From: an uncultured Collinsella sp.
GTDB taxonomy: Bacteria; Actinomycetota; Coriobacteriia; Coriobacteriales; Coriobacteriaceae
NCBI GenBank assembly: GCA_900766165.1
Contig: CAAFUK010000055.1
Location: 875 to 64,874, forward strand
Direction: 5' to 3'
Length of the DNA: 64,000 nt
This document shows, piece after piece, positions 40,455 through 51,181 of this stretch. The translations under genes and the position numbers were made by a program. Under the pieces are notes generated by a model. That model had not been told where the DNA came from, made no database searches, and was given only the letters and a program-made list of their open reading frames with translations. The number at the start of each line of letters is the position of its first letter. Positions within the stretch are counted from its first letter, which is position 1.

Positions 40455-41075
40455 ATGTATCCGGACTATGAGTGCAACAACAATCCCATGAGCATTACGG
40501 ATGAGGACGGTCCGTTCCTTGTCATGGAGGCGGAGCTGTTTTACAACGATGAGCTGAACGATGAGTTCAAGAAGAGCAGGGCGCGCCATTACTATTCTTG
40601 CGCAAGTGCTGCTACGGCACTTTTTTACTGCAAATCGCTTGCAGACAAGGACGACAATCCCTGGTATGTAAGCTGGGAAAAGGCGGTCGAGCAGTATCCG
40701 CTGGAGAAGCGCGAGAGCGCAACGATGCTCTATTGGGTTGAGCCGACCGATCCGTTAACGGCCCTCGATGCCCGCTACCCCCAATACGATCTTGAGCCAT
40801 ATGTAAGTAAGGCCATTCGCGTCGCCAGCTCATATTTGCTGGAGCTCCACGATAATGCGTATTCGATTGATCAGTTGGATGTTGAGGATGTTGACAACCT
40901 GCTCACTGCTGCCTGGTTTTTGATCCAGAAACTCCAGGAGGGCGGGTGCATGCATGATCCAGAAGCCCTGGATAAGATCGAAGACGCTACGTATGACGCC
41001 TATTCAGCGGTCAGGAAATTGATTGAGGACGAAGAAGCGGCCAGGGCTAGTTCGAAGTCTGATGAGAATCTCTAG
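40455..41075 (+). CDS. Acidic hypothetical protein
   Basis: GGAGA RBS then ATG at 40455; followed by a hairpin at 41104-41134. Confidence 0.6.
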   Translation: MYPDYECNNNPMSITDEDGPFLVMEAELFYNDELNDEFKKSRARHYYSCASAATALFYCKSLADKDDNPWYVSWEKAVEQYPLEKRESATMLYWVEPTDPLTALDARYPQYDLEPYVSKAIRVASSYLLELHDNAYSIDQLDVEDVDNLLTAAWFLIQKLQEGGCMHDPEALDKIEDATYDAYSAVRKLIEDEEAARASSKSDENL

Positions 41076-41554
41076 CCGCTGCATTGAACGGCGCGCCTAA
41101 TCGGTAGGCTGTCGGAAAAGACCGGACAGCCTACTGACCCTAGTCGCTACATCGTTTCCTTGCTCGCGGCGTAATGTTCCGCCTGCTTAAGGGCGTCCTC
41201 GTAGGCGCGCTGTTTTACTTCGTACTCTTGGGCATAGCGCTCCTGTTCCGCTTGCCCGGGAACAGGCACGGTCATGCTTCGGGGCTCTTTGGGAGATAAC
41301 TGTGCAAGCGAGTCTCCGTGCGAGGTGTCCCTGATGCGTGTCGCCCTTGCAGTGATTGACGCCGAGGAACGTGACGCACTGGAGTGCGATCTTAAGAGGC
41401 CGCTCGCTTCGTGCGAGTAATCGCGGACCGTTTCTCTTTCTTTTCTTTCCTTTTTCAGGCGGCATGGATGCCGCCGCCTCAACCGCCCTGCGTGAGTTTT
41501 TGTCCGCATGGGACGGTATTCAACACATGCAACAACTAAATCGGAGGTTTGACC

Positions 41555-44500
41555 ATGGCTACGTGGGAACTCAACTGTCAATCGATTCCGTCGTCTACGG
41601 GCGACAAGGAGCTCGCTCCCTATCTCGCACGCCAAAAGGCGATGCGCGAGTTTTTTGAGCGTGTGCTGTTTGTTCCAAAGGACCAGGACAACAACGGCCT
41701 GTACTTTTTGGGCGCCACGACCGGCTCGGGCAAAAACTACACCGCCGAGCAAGTCACGGCCGACTTGATTGCCGGCGGCTGGGATGAGTCGGGCTGCTTT
41801 AATAAATGTCCCGGTCGCCGCACCTTGGTGTTTGTGGTCCCGGGCAAGGACAACCGCGACAACTATGTTGCAAACGTGCGCCAACTGCTGGTTGATCAGG
41901 GCATGGATTGCGATGATGCGGCACGTATGGTGTTCGATCTTCCGCGCGCGGGGGAGAACATCCTGCATTGGATCGAGGCCACTCGTGGCAAGGGTGCCGT
42001 GGGTGTGCGCAAAATTCCGTGTCCCATTGAAGCAGATGACGAGAGCTCTTATCGCGTCATTAAGCGGGCATGGCGTAACGCTATGGAGGTCGCCGATGAT
42101 CTTTTGGGCATCCTTGATACAAGGAGACGCCTGGGAAGTGTTGTCGATCGTCTGACCCCCAGCCTGCGGGAAAAGCTGTCGTTAGCTGATGCGAGCCTGC
42201 GTTGGGCAGTGAGTTGCGAGCTTAAAAACATCACGCGTGGCATGGAGATGATCCCCCAGATTTGGCCATCTGCGCTACTCAACGACGAGAGCATGCCACA
42301 TGTGATTGCGTGCACGCCTCAAAAGCTCGTCAACACAATTGATACGGTAACCGGTTCGGGAGTTGTGCTTTTTAATGCGTCGGCCGCCGAGAAGAGCATG
42401 TTTATCTTTGACGAAATCGATCATATGAAGTCCGATATGCTGTCGACGCTGACGGACGACCCCGTGACGTTTCAGCCGGATGAGGTGCTGCGCATCCTTG
42501 ATCGACATTTTAACGGCGGCGTGGTGGATCCTTTGCTGCTGGGAAATCGAGATCAATGGATGGCGGTCTACACGCACGCTTCCACGTCGGGCGATCACAA
42601 GGGGTCGAATGCCGAGAGGAACAGGGTTTCGCGAGCGAGCGTAGAAGAAGCTGCCGAAGAAATCGCCAAGGATGCCGAGAATATTCAAAAGGCGCTTGCC
42701 TCTTGCATTAAGGAGATGAAACTGCGTTCGCCTTTTGCGCTGTCTGACGACGCGAAAGAAGGGCAACTCTTCGGTCGACATCTTTTTGGCAGCGACGATA
42801 TCTCGGTGGGCGACAACTCGATAAACCCGTTGCGCTACAAGCTCAATGAGAACGGTACCCACAATATGATTACGACTCATGGGGCGAATGGACAGCCAAC
42901 TGTCAACAAGGCAGTGCGCCGTGCTCGCGGTATCGTCAGGATGGCGGTGGGTCATCTTGGCCGCTGCGCTGCGCTTATGGACAGCCTGTATTACGGCGGC
43001 ATTTCGTACAAAGACGATCTTTCGCGCAAGAACATCATCGATGCGCTGGGCATTAGGAACGATCGGACCAACGAGAAGTACTTTTGGGATTCGTTGATGA
43101 TGGCGCTGTTCTTTAAGAACCGTAAGAACGACGATATTGATGCAGTCGACGACTCGATGTATGCGCGTGGCGTCGACTACCTGGTGATGGAAACCACGCT
43201 CGACCATATGTTTACCACGCACCTAACCAGCCATGGCATTGAGCGCATGCCCGAGGCGTACTTGGCCTCGATTGCCGCCAAAGCGCCCTGCGTGTGCATG
43301 AGCGCAACTTGGAGCGCATCGACCGTAAAGAACTTTAACCTGGATTACCTCGACGAGGTTCACGGCGTGGTTCGCAAGGATACGTGGATTGGCGAGCTCA
43401 ACCAAGAGATCGTTCGACAGACCAAGCTGTTTAACAAACAGGCGGCAAAGACGTACGACGTTGACGTTGCTTGGGTTGACGAAGACAAGAATCTTGCCGG
43501 TATGGCAGCGTTGGCCGGCGGCGCCTTTGGTGGAGCCATCGTATCGCCCGACGAGACGTACGAGCGCGTGATGGAGTTCTTTGACCAGGTCGGCGTGAGC
43601 GAAGGGCTTGCGGTGCGTCTGCGTTTAAAGATTGCCGACAGGGTGGGCACAAGCGACGTTAAGAGCATCGAGTTTGAACTGAAGCGCCTAAGCAAAACGC
43701 TCGTCGCCGTGAGCACTTGGGCGCTTGGCGTGGCGCGCAACGAGCATCAGGCAGGAGCCATCTTTACAACGCGCCACATGGGAAACCATGGCGATTTTAA
43801 TAGTTTGGCGCTGGACCTTGCCCGAGAAATTGTTGCCGAGCTGGTGATTAGGAACGTTAAGCGTCCCGAGGCGTCGTACGAGGAGTCGCTCAAGGAGGCC
43901 AAGGATATGGTGCCGTGCTTTAACGCTGCAGAATGGGATACCGGTTGGGGCGACGCTCAAAACCGTCTCGAGATGGGCCAGCCGACCCTGATGTTCATCA
44001 ATTTGTCGGCCGGTGGCTTTTCCAAGAATCTTAAATACAGGGTGCCGGAAAGTTTGTGTCGCACGGTGCGACAGGTTTATTGCGGCTTCGAGGATGCCGG
44101 CCGCCGTCCCAAGATGGACCTGGACTTCCTGTACATTGAGTCGCCTACGAGCCGTTTGACGTCGGAAGTCGAGATTAGCGCGGCGACGTTTGTCCAGCAG
44201 GCGTTGACAGGTGTGGTTGAACAGGAAGAGCTGGTGGCGCGCGGAGAGGTCCCGTTTACCGAAAAGCGTCATAACGTACGGCTGCTGCTGTCTGGCACCA
44301 AACGGAATCTGCCGGTTCGCAATACCCTCTCTTATCAGGTCGAAGGCGCTCGCATTGTGGCACAGGCTGTGGGTCGCCTGATGCGCACGAGTGTAAAGAT
44401 GCCTTGCGTGCAGATGATGCTCGACCGCGAGATTGCGAACGATTGCAACTTCTCGTTCTTGCATGATTTGCCGATGGGCTACGAGCTTGAGCAGGTGGTT

Positions 44501-45487
44501 GGTGCCTGCGCCGCTGCCAACAACCATATGACGGACAACAAGGAACACGCTGCCGTTAAGCAGCAGAACCTTGCCGCCTTTAGGAACAACCTTGCCAAGA
44601 AAAAGCACGAGAAGCTGACGTGGAAAGTTACCTCGCTAAATGCCGGGGACGAAGATCTTGCTGCCTTCGATAGCGAGCGCGACTTTTACCTGCATCATTT
44701 TTGCCTGCCGTGGGAAGACCTTGCAAACTATCCGGCGCACCGAAGCACCGCATTGCATATGCCGTATGCCACGAGTGGTTATGCCTATGCAGAAGGTGGC
44801 GCATGCAAGGTGCCGCATTTTGAATTTCCCCGCTATGACGGTGAGCCCGTCGAGCAAATTGCCGCTCGTCTGGAGGACTATTGCCGCTGCAGCGCGGGCT
44901 ATAAGGGCGCAAAGGTTCGTCAGGTGAGTCAGGTTGCGGCGCGTGTGCCCGAGCTGCTTTCGATTCGCGAGGTGCGCGAGCGCTGGTCTCGTGACGGGGT
45001 GCCTTCGACGCTGCAGCCGGCGGCGGCGGCGCACATGGCGCCCTATATGTTCCAGGCAGTCTACCTTGGTGAGCTGGGAGAATCTGCCGGAAGGGCAATC
45101 TTTGAGGCATATTACGACGGCCGCCATTCGCTTTCGCGCGGAGATGCGGCACACGCCGAGACAGGTGGCGACTTTGAGGTGCTCGATGCCGCCGGCAACA
45201 AGACCGGGGTGTGGATCGACTTTAAGCACTATCGCATCGGTGTCTATATCGCTTATGTTCGCGACGGTCGCGAGGCGTCGGATGCCGAGCGCTTTAGGGC
45301 CAAGGCTCAAAAGGTTGGGGCGAAACGCCTGCTAATCGTCAACGTTTTGGCTGATGAGGCAGCGCTTGAGTGCGTGCCCAAGGCACTCGATGCCGAAGGG
45401 ACTGTGTTCTCCGTTCCTTATATGGCTGCCGACGGCGCAATCAATCTGGAGATGATGGAGGCGGTCGGCCGTGCAATCGAAGCATAA
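41555..45487 (+). CDS. DdmD-like SF2 helicase-nuclease
   Basis: TTGSGKNY (I), FIFDEID (II), MSAT (III), AQAVGRLMRT (VI); C-terminal YLGELGE...GGDF...WIDFKHY PD-(D/E)xK nuclease; GGAGG RBS. Confidence 0.8.
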   Translation: MATWELNCQSIPSSTGDKELAPYLARQKAMREFFERVLFVPKDQDNNGLYFLGATTGSGKNYTAEQVTADLIAGGWDESGCFNKCPGRRTLVFVVPGKDNRDNYVANVRQLLVDQGMDCDDAARMVFDLPRAGENILHWIEATRGKGAVGVRKIPCPIEADDESSYRVIKRAWRNAMEVADDLLGILDTRRRLGSVVDRLTPSLREKLSLADASLRWAVSCELKNITRGMEMIPQIWPSALLNDESMPHVIACTPQKLVNTIDTVTGSGVVLFNASAAEKSMFIFDEIDHMKSDMLSTLTDDPVTFQPDEVLRILDRHFNGGVVDPLLLGNRDQWMAVYTHASTSGDHKGSNAERNRVSRASVEEAAEEIAKDAENIQKALASCIKEMKLRSPFALSDDAKEGQLFGRHLFGSDDISVGDNSINPLRYKLNENGTHNMITTHGANGQPTVNKAVRRARGIVRMAVGHLGRCAALMDSLYYGGISYKDDLSRKNIIDALGIRNDRTNEKYFWDSLMMALFFKNRKNDDIDAVDDSMYARGVDYLVMETTLDHMFTTHLTSHGIERMPEAYLASIAAKAPCVCMSATWSASTVKNFNLDYLDEVHGVVRKDTWIGELNQEIVRQTKLFNKQAAKTYDVDVAWVDEDKNLAGMAALAGGAFGGAIVSPDETYERVMEFFDQVGVSEGLAVRLRLKIADRVGTSDVKSIEFELKRLSKTLVAVSTWALGVARNEHQAGAIFTTRHMGNHGDFNSLALDLAREIVAELVIRNVKRPEASYEESLKEAKDMVPCFNAAEWDTGWGDAQNRLEMGQPTLMFINLSAGGFSKNLKYRVPESLCRTVRQVYCGFEDAGRRPKMDLDFLYIESPTSRLTSEVEISAATFVQQALTGVVEQEELVARGEVPFTEKRHNVRLLLSGTKRNLPVRNTLSYQVEGARIVAQAVGRLMRTSVKMPCVQMMLDREIANDCNFSFLHDLPMGYELEQVVGACAAANNHMTDNKEHAAVKQQNLAAFRNNLAKKKHEKLTWKVTSLNAGDEDLAAFDSERDFYLHHFCLPWEDLANYPAHRSTALHMPYATSGYAYAEGGACKVPHFEFPRYDGEPVEQIAARLEDYCRCSAGYKGAKVRQVSQVAARVPELLSIREVRERWSRDGVPSTLQPAAAAHMAPYMFQAVYLGELGESAGRAIFEAYYDGRHSLSRGDAAHAETGGDFEVLDAAGNKTGVWIDFKHYRIGVYIAYVRDGREASDAERFRAKAQKVGAKRLLIVNVLADEAALECVPKALDAEGTVFSVPYMAADGAINLEMMEAVGRAIEA

Positions 45488-47366
45488 CCAGTCGTGTGGC
45501 TTGGGAGACATTGCCGTATCTGAGTTTAAGCTACAGCTCGATGCCGCTGCTGCCGAGCAGCGCTACTCGGTCTTTTGGTGCAACGTCGGCGATGCGGGCA
45601 AGCATGCCGTGGCGAACTTTATGGCCGGTGTGTGTCAGACGGGCAAGGTCGTCGCGCTCACGCAGCTTGCAGACAACCGCGTCTTTCTGATGGCCAACGC
45701 GGGCGTGCAGACGGGCGACCTTAATGCCTCGCTTTATCAGGAGCAAGTGGTTCCGATTAAAACTCATTGGGACGAGTTGGACGATTACGTTGCGCTCCGT
45801 TTGCTGTTCAACTCCCGCTCTCAGTTTGAGGGGATTGAGGACGAAGTTCCCAATGACACCGGGCACCTGTATGTCATTAGCGCCAAGGGTGCCCGCCGCG
45901 ATGCTGTCGAAAGCGACGGAAGGGGGCCTGCCAAGATCGAAACGGTTGAAATCGTTATCGATGAGGATTGCACCTTTGATCTTAAAATTCGGACGTTTAC
46001 CAAGCGCCGTGTGCTTATTGGCAGGGCACAAGGTGACGAGAAAGAGCTCGAAAAGATTAAGAGCCAGGTGGGCTACAGGCTATCGCCCGTGGCGACGATG
46101 GTGCTTGCCCACGAACAAAAAGACGAGTACATCCTGCGCCGGGCCAAGGGCGACAAGCCGTCCAAGCGCCGTGATCTGACGTTCTCGGCCCAGGCGGACA
46201 AGGTCGCCTATACCAAGAAGGGCATTCTGTATCGAGAGCTGCAGATTCTCGAACGCCGTTACAGCGACTTCGCCCGGGTGACGCTCATGGAATACCCGCG
46301 TAAGAGTTTCTACGAGGTGCTCAAGGGTGATGAGTACGCGCGCGTGATTGCGGAGCGCATGGCGGGGCAGCGAATCGTGGTGTCGTTTGCGCGTAATGGG
46401 CTTGCCGAAGTGGCGCGCCGGCTGGCCGATCGACTTAACGATTCCTCGTGGGGCGTGCGCGCGTCGTATGGCGGAAGGACCGTGGATTCGCGGGCGCTGA
46501 ACCTTGTCGTTGTGCCCAATGAGGTTGCTGAGGACGACGGCTATGCCTTACATGTTGGCGTGGTGGAACAGCACGTGACGCCGGATGTGCGCGAGCCACT
46601 GTTTAAGGCGGCGCCAAAGCAAAAGGATCGCAACGCGCAAGAGGCGATCCTGGGCGCCATGCTCAAAGAACTGCTGGTAAAGCAGGATGTTGTCGACGAG
46701 CGGGTGACGGCGTTTGACCTTGACGCTTTGGATATTGAGTCGGTGACGGTGTGTGGCTTAGTCGATGTACCGCATAAAGCAAAGGACAAGATTGAGCTGG
46801 ATTCGCGTATCGCTGCGTTGGCGATTGGCGCGAATGGGGGCATGCGCTATGCCTCACATTCGGCAGAGGATGGTCCCGAGGACGAGATGGAGCTCGATCT
46901 GCTGACCGCGGACGGCAAACTCGATAAGGGCGCCTATGTCTTTGACGTGCATGCGAACGGGCAGTCTATGCTTGCGCGCGTGCGGGATACGGGACTGACG
47001 ACGTTTTCCAATAACTTTATGGCCCTGGTGGGTGAGCATCAGCTCACAGGCAAAGCAGGGCGTAAGAAAGAGATTTTCGAGAGCTACAACTCGCCTTATT
47101 ACGGCATTGGAACGTTCGAGCGTGCGGGCAAGACTTGCTATTTTGTGGGCGTCAACAACGGCACCCAGGAGGATATGGCGACTGCGATTCACGTGCGTTC
47201 GATTGAGGTGCTCGACGGCGATGATTTGTCTGAGTTGTTGGTTCAGATGGCCAACATAGGCCTTTCGCGCTATAAGGCTCCGTCCGTGTGGCCGATTCCG
47301 GTCAAGTATCTCAACGAGTGCGCTGCGCGTGAGGGCGCGGTAGAGGATGGCAGTGGCGACAAGTGA
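45471..47366 (+). CDS. DdmE-like divergent prokaryotic Argonaute (putative)
   Basis: 631 aa, overlaps the helicase-nuclease stop; MID-like DGY....VEQHVT...LKELLVK; PIWI-like terminus CYFVG...VRSI...PSVWPIPVKYLNE. Confidence 0.65.
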   Translation: MQSKHNQSCGLGDIAVSEFKLQLDAAAAEQRYSVFWCNVGDAGKHAVANFMAGVCQTGKVVALTQLADNRVFLMANAGVQTGDLNASLYQEQVVPIKTHWDELDDYVALRLLFNSRSQFEGIEDEVPNDTGHLYVISAKGARRDAVESDGRGPAKIETVEIVIDEDCTFDLKIRTFTKRRVLIGRAQGDEKELEKIKSQVGYRLSPVATMVLAHEQKDEYILRRAKGDKPSKRRDLTFSAQADKVAYTKKGILYRELQILERRYSDFARVTLMEYPRKSFYEVLKGDEYARVIAERMAGQRIVVSFARNGLAEVARRLADRLNDSSWGVRASYGGRTVDSRALNLVVVPNEVAEDDGYALHVGVVEQHVTPDVREPLFKAAPKQKDRNAQEAILGAMLKELLVKQDVVDERVTAFDLDALDIESVTVCGLVDVPHKAKDKIELDSRIAALAIGANGGMRYASHSAEDGPEDEMELDLLTADGKLDKGAYVFDVHANGQSMLARVRDTGLTTFSNNFMALVGEHQLTGKAGRKKEIFESYNSPYYGIGTFERAGKTCYFVGVNNGTQEDMATAIHVRSIEVLDGDDLSELLVQMANIGLSRYKAPSVWPIPVKYLNECAAREGAVEDGSGDK

Positions 47367-47410
47367 TGGTGTTGCGCAATTATCGCTCCTAGAACTATTT
47401 GAAATTAGGC

Positions 47411-47439
47411 TTGCATTGTAAAAGCGGAGAACATATACT
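47411..47439 (+). promoter_or_regulatory. Sigma70-type promoter
   Basis: TTGCAT-17 bp-TATACT upstream of the small ORF and surface protein. Confidence 0.55.
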
Positions 47440-47519
47440 GCAGCCATAGCACATCAGATGGGGTCTCAAAAAGAGACCAAGCAAACGAGTTTTCAGTTTA
47501 TGTTGAGAGGTACTTGAGC

Positions 47520-47714
47520 ATGACCAGCAGAATTTTCCCCCTTTACAACAACAATACCGACCACATCGATCTCAATACCATCTGCGGTTACAGTATTAGT
47601 TCTAAGGCCGAGAACTACATGTTCGCTCAAGATGATCTAGAGCTTAGCTCCGAAGATTATGAGTACCTGAATGATATTGAGCGCGAGCGGGAGTATGAGC
47701 TCGGCATCCGCTGA
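47520..47714 (+). CDS. Small hypothetical protein
   Basis: 64 aa, GAGAGG RBS, acidic C-terminus. Confidence 0.4.
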   Translation: MTSRIFPLYNNNTDHIDLNTICGYSISSKAENYMFAQDDLELSSEDYEYLNDIEREREYELGIR

Positions 47715-47833
47715 TGGATGCGGGCTCGTCTCTAACTCCTCCGATTTAATTCCCCCGTTATCACCTCTTTTTAGCGGGGCATATTGGATCGATTATGTGT
47801 CAAACATCAGCTCATCGTGGGAAGGAATCGGCA

Positions 47834-50800
47834 ATGAGCAAGAACGTGAACAAGAACATCAATGGCGGCGCTGCGGGTAAGGCGAAGGCCGCCGGGCGTA
47901 TGGCGACAGTTGCTGCGGCGACGATCGCCATGACGGGCGGGTCGCTGCTGTCTCCGCTGACTGCGGTGGCGCAGGGTGCGAACGGTGCCGACGCTACTGC
48001 GAAGCCGGCTGCGGTGCTGTCTCCGTTGACGAGCGCGGCTGCTGCTAGCGCTGGCGCGGGCACGGTGTCAGCGGTGCAGAAGGTCGCCAACCTGCAGGCT
48101 GCGGTCGATGCGGCTCGCGCTAAGGCCGCTGCTGCCAAGGCCGATTTGGATGCGGCCGCCGCTCCTTACGACGCCGCCGCTGCCAACCAGCAGCAGGCTC
48201 AGAGCGCCTACGATGCGGCCCGTGGCACAAGCGACGCTGCCGCTTCTGCAGCTTCGGCCGAGCTGGAGCAGCAGATGGGTGCCGCGCAGGACAAGGCCGA
48301 TGCGGACGTGAAGGCGCTCGAGGACGCTCAAGCTGCACTCGATGCCGCAAAGAGGGATCTGACGGACAAGGGTGAAGCCCTGACCGCTGCCCAGAAGACC
48401 GCCGACGATGCCCAGGCTGCGCTCAAGTCCGCGCAGGCCGCTGCTGCCGATGCCACGCCCGAGGCTGTTGCCGCGGCTCAGGCCGCTGCCGAGCAGGCCG
48501 CGAGCGAGCTGGAGCAGGCAAAGCAGCAGGCCGCCGACGCGCAGGTCAGGCTTTCGAATGCCCAGGCTGGCGTTGATGCCGCCGCGGCCAAACAGCAGGA
48601 CGCGCAAGGCAAGCTTTCGGCAGCTCAGCAGGCAAAGGATGCGGCCGATAAGGATATGAATGCCGCTCAGGCGAGCTATGACGCCGCCAAGACCGATCTC
48701 GACCGTGCCGAGCAGGGTGCCGCGGGCCCGGAGTACGAGGCTGCCAAGGCCAAGGTGGACGCCGCCGCTGCCGCGCTGGACGCCGCCAAGTCGGTCCAGG
48801 CGCAGCGCGAGGGCGAACTCGCTGCTGCCTCGCAGGAAGTGACCACTGCCGAGGGTGAGGTGCAGGCTGCTCAGCAGGCGCTCGCCGTCCAGCAGCAGGC
48901 TGCGGCTGACGCGCAGTCCAAGTTGGACGCTGCCACGGCTGCTGCGACCGCGGCAGACGCCGCCGTCGATCAGGCTAAGGCCGAGCACGCCAATGCGCTC
49001 GCGGCGCTGGCCGACGCTCAGGCCAAGCTCTCGGCCGCTAAGGACGAGAAGAACGCTGCCGACAAGGCGCTCGACCAGGCAAAGGCTCAAAAGCAGCAGG
49101 CCGATCAGGCTGTAGCTCAAGCGCAGGCCAAGCTCGACGCCGCTCAGGCCACGGCGAATGCTTCGGCGGAGAATTATCGCCAGGGTGCTATCGCGTTCTT
49201 TAGGAGCGTGGGTGCCGATGAGGCTGCGAACCTCATCCTCAACTGCAAACTCGCTAGCTACAACAAGGTGGGCGAGGAAGTTGACGCGACGAGCCTGACC
49301 AACATGAAGCAGGCAATCGTGTGGCTCAAGGCGTGCAACAAGTACCGTGCGAGCGTGGGCTTGGGTGAGCTCAAGGTGACATACGACATGATGGCGACAG
49401 CCATCGCCGATGCGAATTACTCCGACACCAAGGTTGCACACGCTGAGCAGTTCAGTGTGGGCGAAAACGTAGCGTGGAACTTCGGAAGTAATCCGTTTGA
49501 GCAGTGGGTTGATGAGGAAAAGACCGTCTTTGACAGTGCGGCTGCCTCGCTTGGCGCGATGGGTCTTACGGGAAAGGCTGCTTTCGATTTCTATGAGGCA
49601 CACAGCGCCGAGATTGATAAGTACGTGGCGAAGCACGGCGGGTTTGTTCGTTCGGTCGGTCATTACATCAACGTGATCAATCCCGACTACACCGTGACGG
49701 GCATGGGCGTCTGCACGCGTGGGACGATGGGCGGCTGGAAAACGCAGGCGCAGACGTTTGTTACGCCTGATAGATGGTACGAGCCGTATAACGTTAACCC
49801 GATGACGGTCGCCGAGTATGAGGCCGCGCTGAATGCATGGTGCGATTCTCTGGCGAATCCCGAGCAGGGTGTGGAAGCGGCTCGTAAGGAGCTCGCTGCG
49901 GCTCAGGGTGTGGCTGCCGATGCTGACAATAAGGTGAATGCTACGGCGCAGGTCGTTGCTGCTAAGCAGGTGCAGGTTGATGCCACTGCCGCTGACGTTG
50001 ACGCTGCTGCGGCCGCGGTCTCGGATGCCCAGGCTGCCGTGGGTGAGAGGCAGGCTGCGGCCGACGCCGCTGCGCGTGCCGTGAGTGATGCTCGCGCCGT
50101 CCTGAACGCGGTCAACGCTTCGGTTGCCGCGGCGCAGGGCGTTGTTGCCGCCAAGTCCGGTGCGCTCGATGTCGCCAAGGACAAGGCCGCTGCCGCCCGG
50201 CGTGCGCTGGATGCTGCTCGCGCCAGTGTTAGCGACAAGGAAGATGCACTTGCTGCTGCTCAGGATGAGCTGGCTGCTTACTCGGCCGACGTCGCCGCTG
50301 CTCAGCGTGCGTTTGATACGGCGTCCTCGGCGCTTGAGGGCGCTCGTGCTGCCCAGCGTGAGGCGCAAGACGCGCTGACTGCCGCCAAGGATGCAGCTGA
50401 TCAGGCTGACGTTGATGTTGCTGTTGCCCAGACTGAACTTGCCGCTGCCAAGGGGGTTGCGAATGACGCTCGTGCCGCTATGACCGCGGCGCAGGCAAAG
50501 TCCGATGCGGCCGCTACCCGCGCGGCTCAGCTTAAGGGCGCTGCGGCCGGGCTTGTCCAAGCGATGGAGGGCAAGGTTGCCGCCGACGCTGCTGTTGATG
50601 CGGCGACGTTGGCTGTAGTTGATGCCGAGTACGACCTGATTGCGGCGGACGATGCCGTGACGAACGCGGCCGCCGCTCGCGATACTTCTGCGGCCGAGGT
50701 CGCTCGCCTGCGTGGGATTAATCTCGCCGATGCCATTGCCAAGGGCAGCGATGCCGCTGCGGACGAAGCGCTCAACGCCAAGATTGCCGCGGCCCACGAT

Positions 50801-51181
50801 GCCGCCGCACGTGCTGCCGCCGCTAAGGACGAGCTCGATGTTGCCGTGGCCGCAACCGATGCCGTGGCGCCGGCTTATTTGGAGGCGCTCGCCAACTACA
50901 ACGCCGCCAGGGCCGAGCTCGATCAAGCGATCGCTGCGCTCAACGCCGAGATTGCCCGTCAGGATGAGGCCGAGCGTGCCGCTGCTCAGGCTCAGGCTAC
51001 GCAGGTGACGTATCAGGCCAAGCACATGGCGGCAAAGACCGAGATTACGACGCAACAGGCGACGATGCCCGCCACGGGCGACACGTCCGACCTGCTGGGC
51101 GAGACCTTCGTGATCGGCGGTACGGTCCTGGTTGCCGCCGGCGTCTTCCTTTCTGACAAGCGCCATCAGTTGATCCGTTAG
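47834..51181 (+). CDS. Sortase-anchored Ala-rich coiled-coil surface protein with central CAP/SCP domain
   Basis: Signal peptide; long AxxxA heptad arms; CAP motifs NKYRASVGL..L, GENVAWN, GHYINVINPDYTVTG; MPATG + TM + KRH tail. Confidence 0.85.
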   Translation: MSKNVNKNINGGAAGKAKAAGRMATVAAATIAMTGGSLLSPLTAVAQGANGADATAKPAAVLSPLTSAAAASAGAGTVSAVQKVANLQAAVDAARAKAAAAKADLDAAAAPYDAAAANQQQAQSAYDAARGTSDAAASAASAELEQQMGAAQDKADADVKALEDAQAALDAAKRDLTDKGEALTAAQKTADDAQAALKSAQAAAADATPEAVAAAQAAAEQAASELEQAKQQAADAQVRLSNAQAGVDAAAAKQQDAQGKLSAAQQAKDAADKDMNAAQASYDAAKTDLDRAEQGAAGPEYEAAKAKVDAAAAALDAAKSVQAQREGELAAASQEVTTAEGEVQAAQQALAVQQQAAADAQSKLDAATAAATAADAAVDQAKAEHANALAALADAQAKLSAAKDEKNAADKALDQAKAQKQQADQAVAQAQAKLDAAQATANASAENYRQGAIAFFRSVGADEAANLILNCKLASYNKVGEEVDATSLTNMKQAIVWLKACNKYRASVGLGELKVTYDMMATAIADANYSDTKVAHAEQFSVGENVAWNFGSNPFEQWVDEEKTVFDSAAASLGAMGLTGKAAFDFYEAHSAEIDKYVAKHGGFVRSVGHYINVINPDYTVTGMGVCTRGTMGGWKTQAQTFVTPDRWYEPYNVNPMTVAEYEAALNAWCDSLANPEQGVEAARKELAAAQGVAADADNKVNATAQVVAAKQVQVDATAADVDAAAAAVSDAQAAVGERQAAADAAARAVSDARAVLNAVNASVAAAQGVVAAKSGALDVAKDKAAAARRALDAARASVSDKEDALAAAQDELAAYSADVAAAQRAFDTASSALEGARAAQREAQDALTAAKDAADQADVDVAVAQTELAAAKGVANDARAAMTAAQAKSDAAATRAAQLKGAAAGLVQAMEGKVAADAAVDAATLAVVDAEYDLIAADDAVTNAAAARDTSAAEVARLRGINLADAIAKGSDAAADEALNAKIAAAHDAAARAAAAKDELDVAVAATDAVAPAYLEALANYNAARAELDQAIAALNAEIARQDEAERAAAQAQATQVTYQAKHMAAKTEITTQQATMPATGDTSDLLGETFVIGGTVLVAAGVFLSDKRHQLIR

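Noticed and set aside
41147..41968. 273-aa minus-strand ORF
   Set aside because: Mostly overlaps the helicase-nuclease start; a short real gene in its 3' part cannot be excluded but has no support
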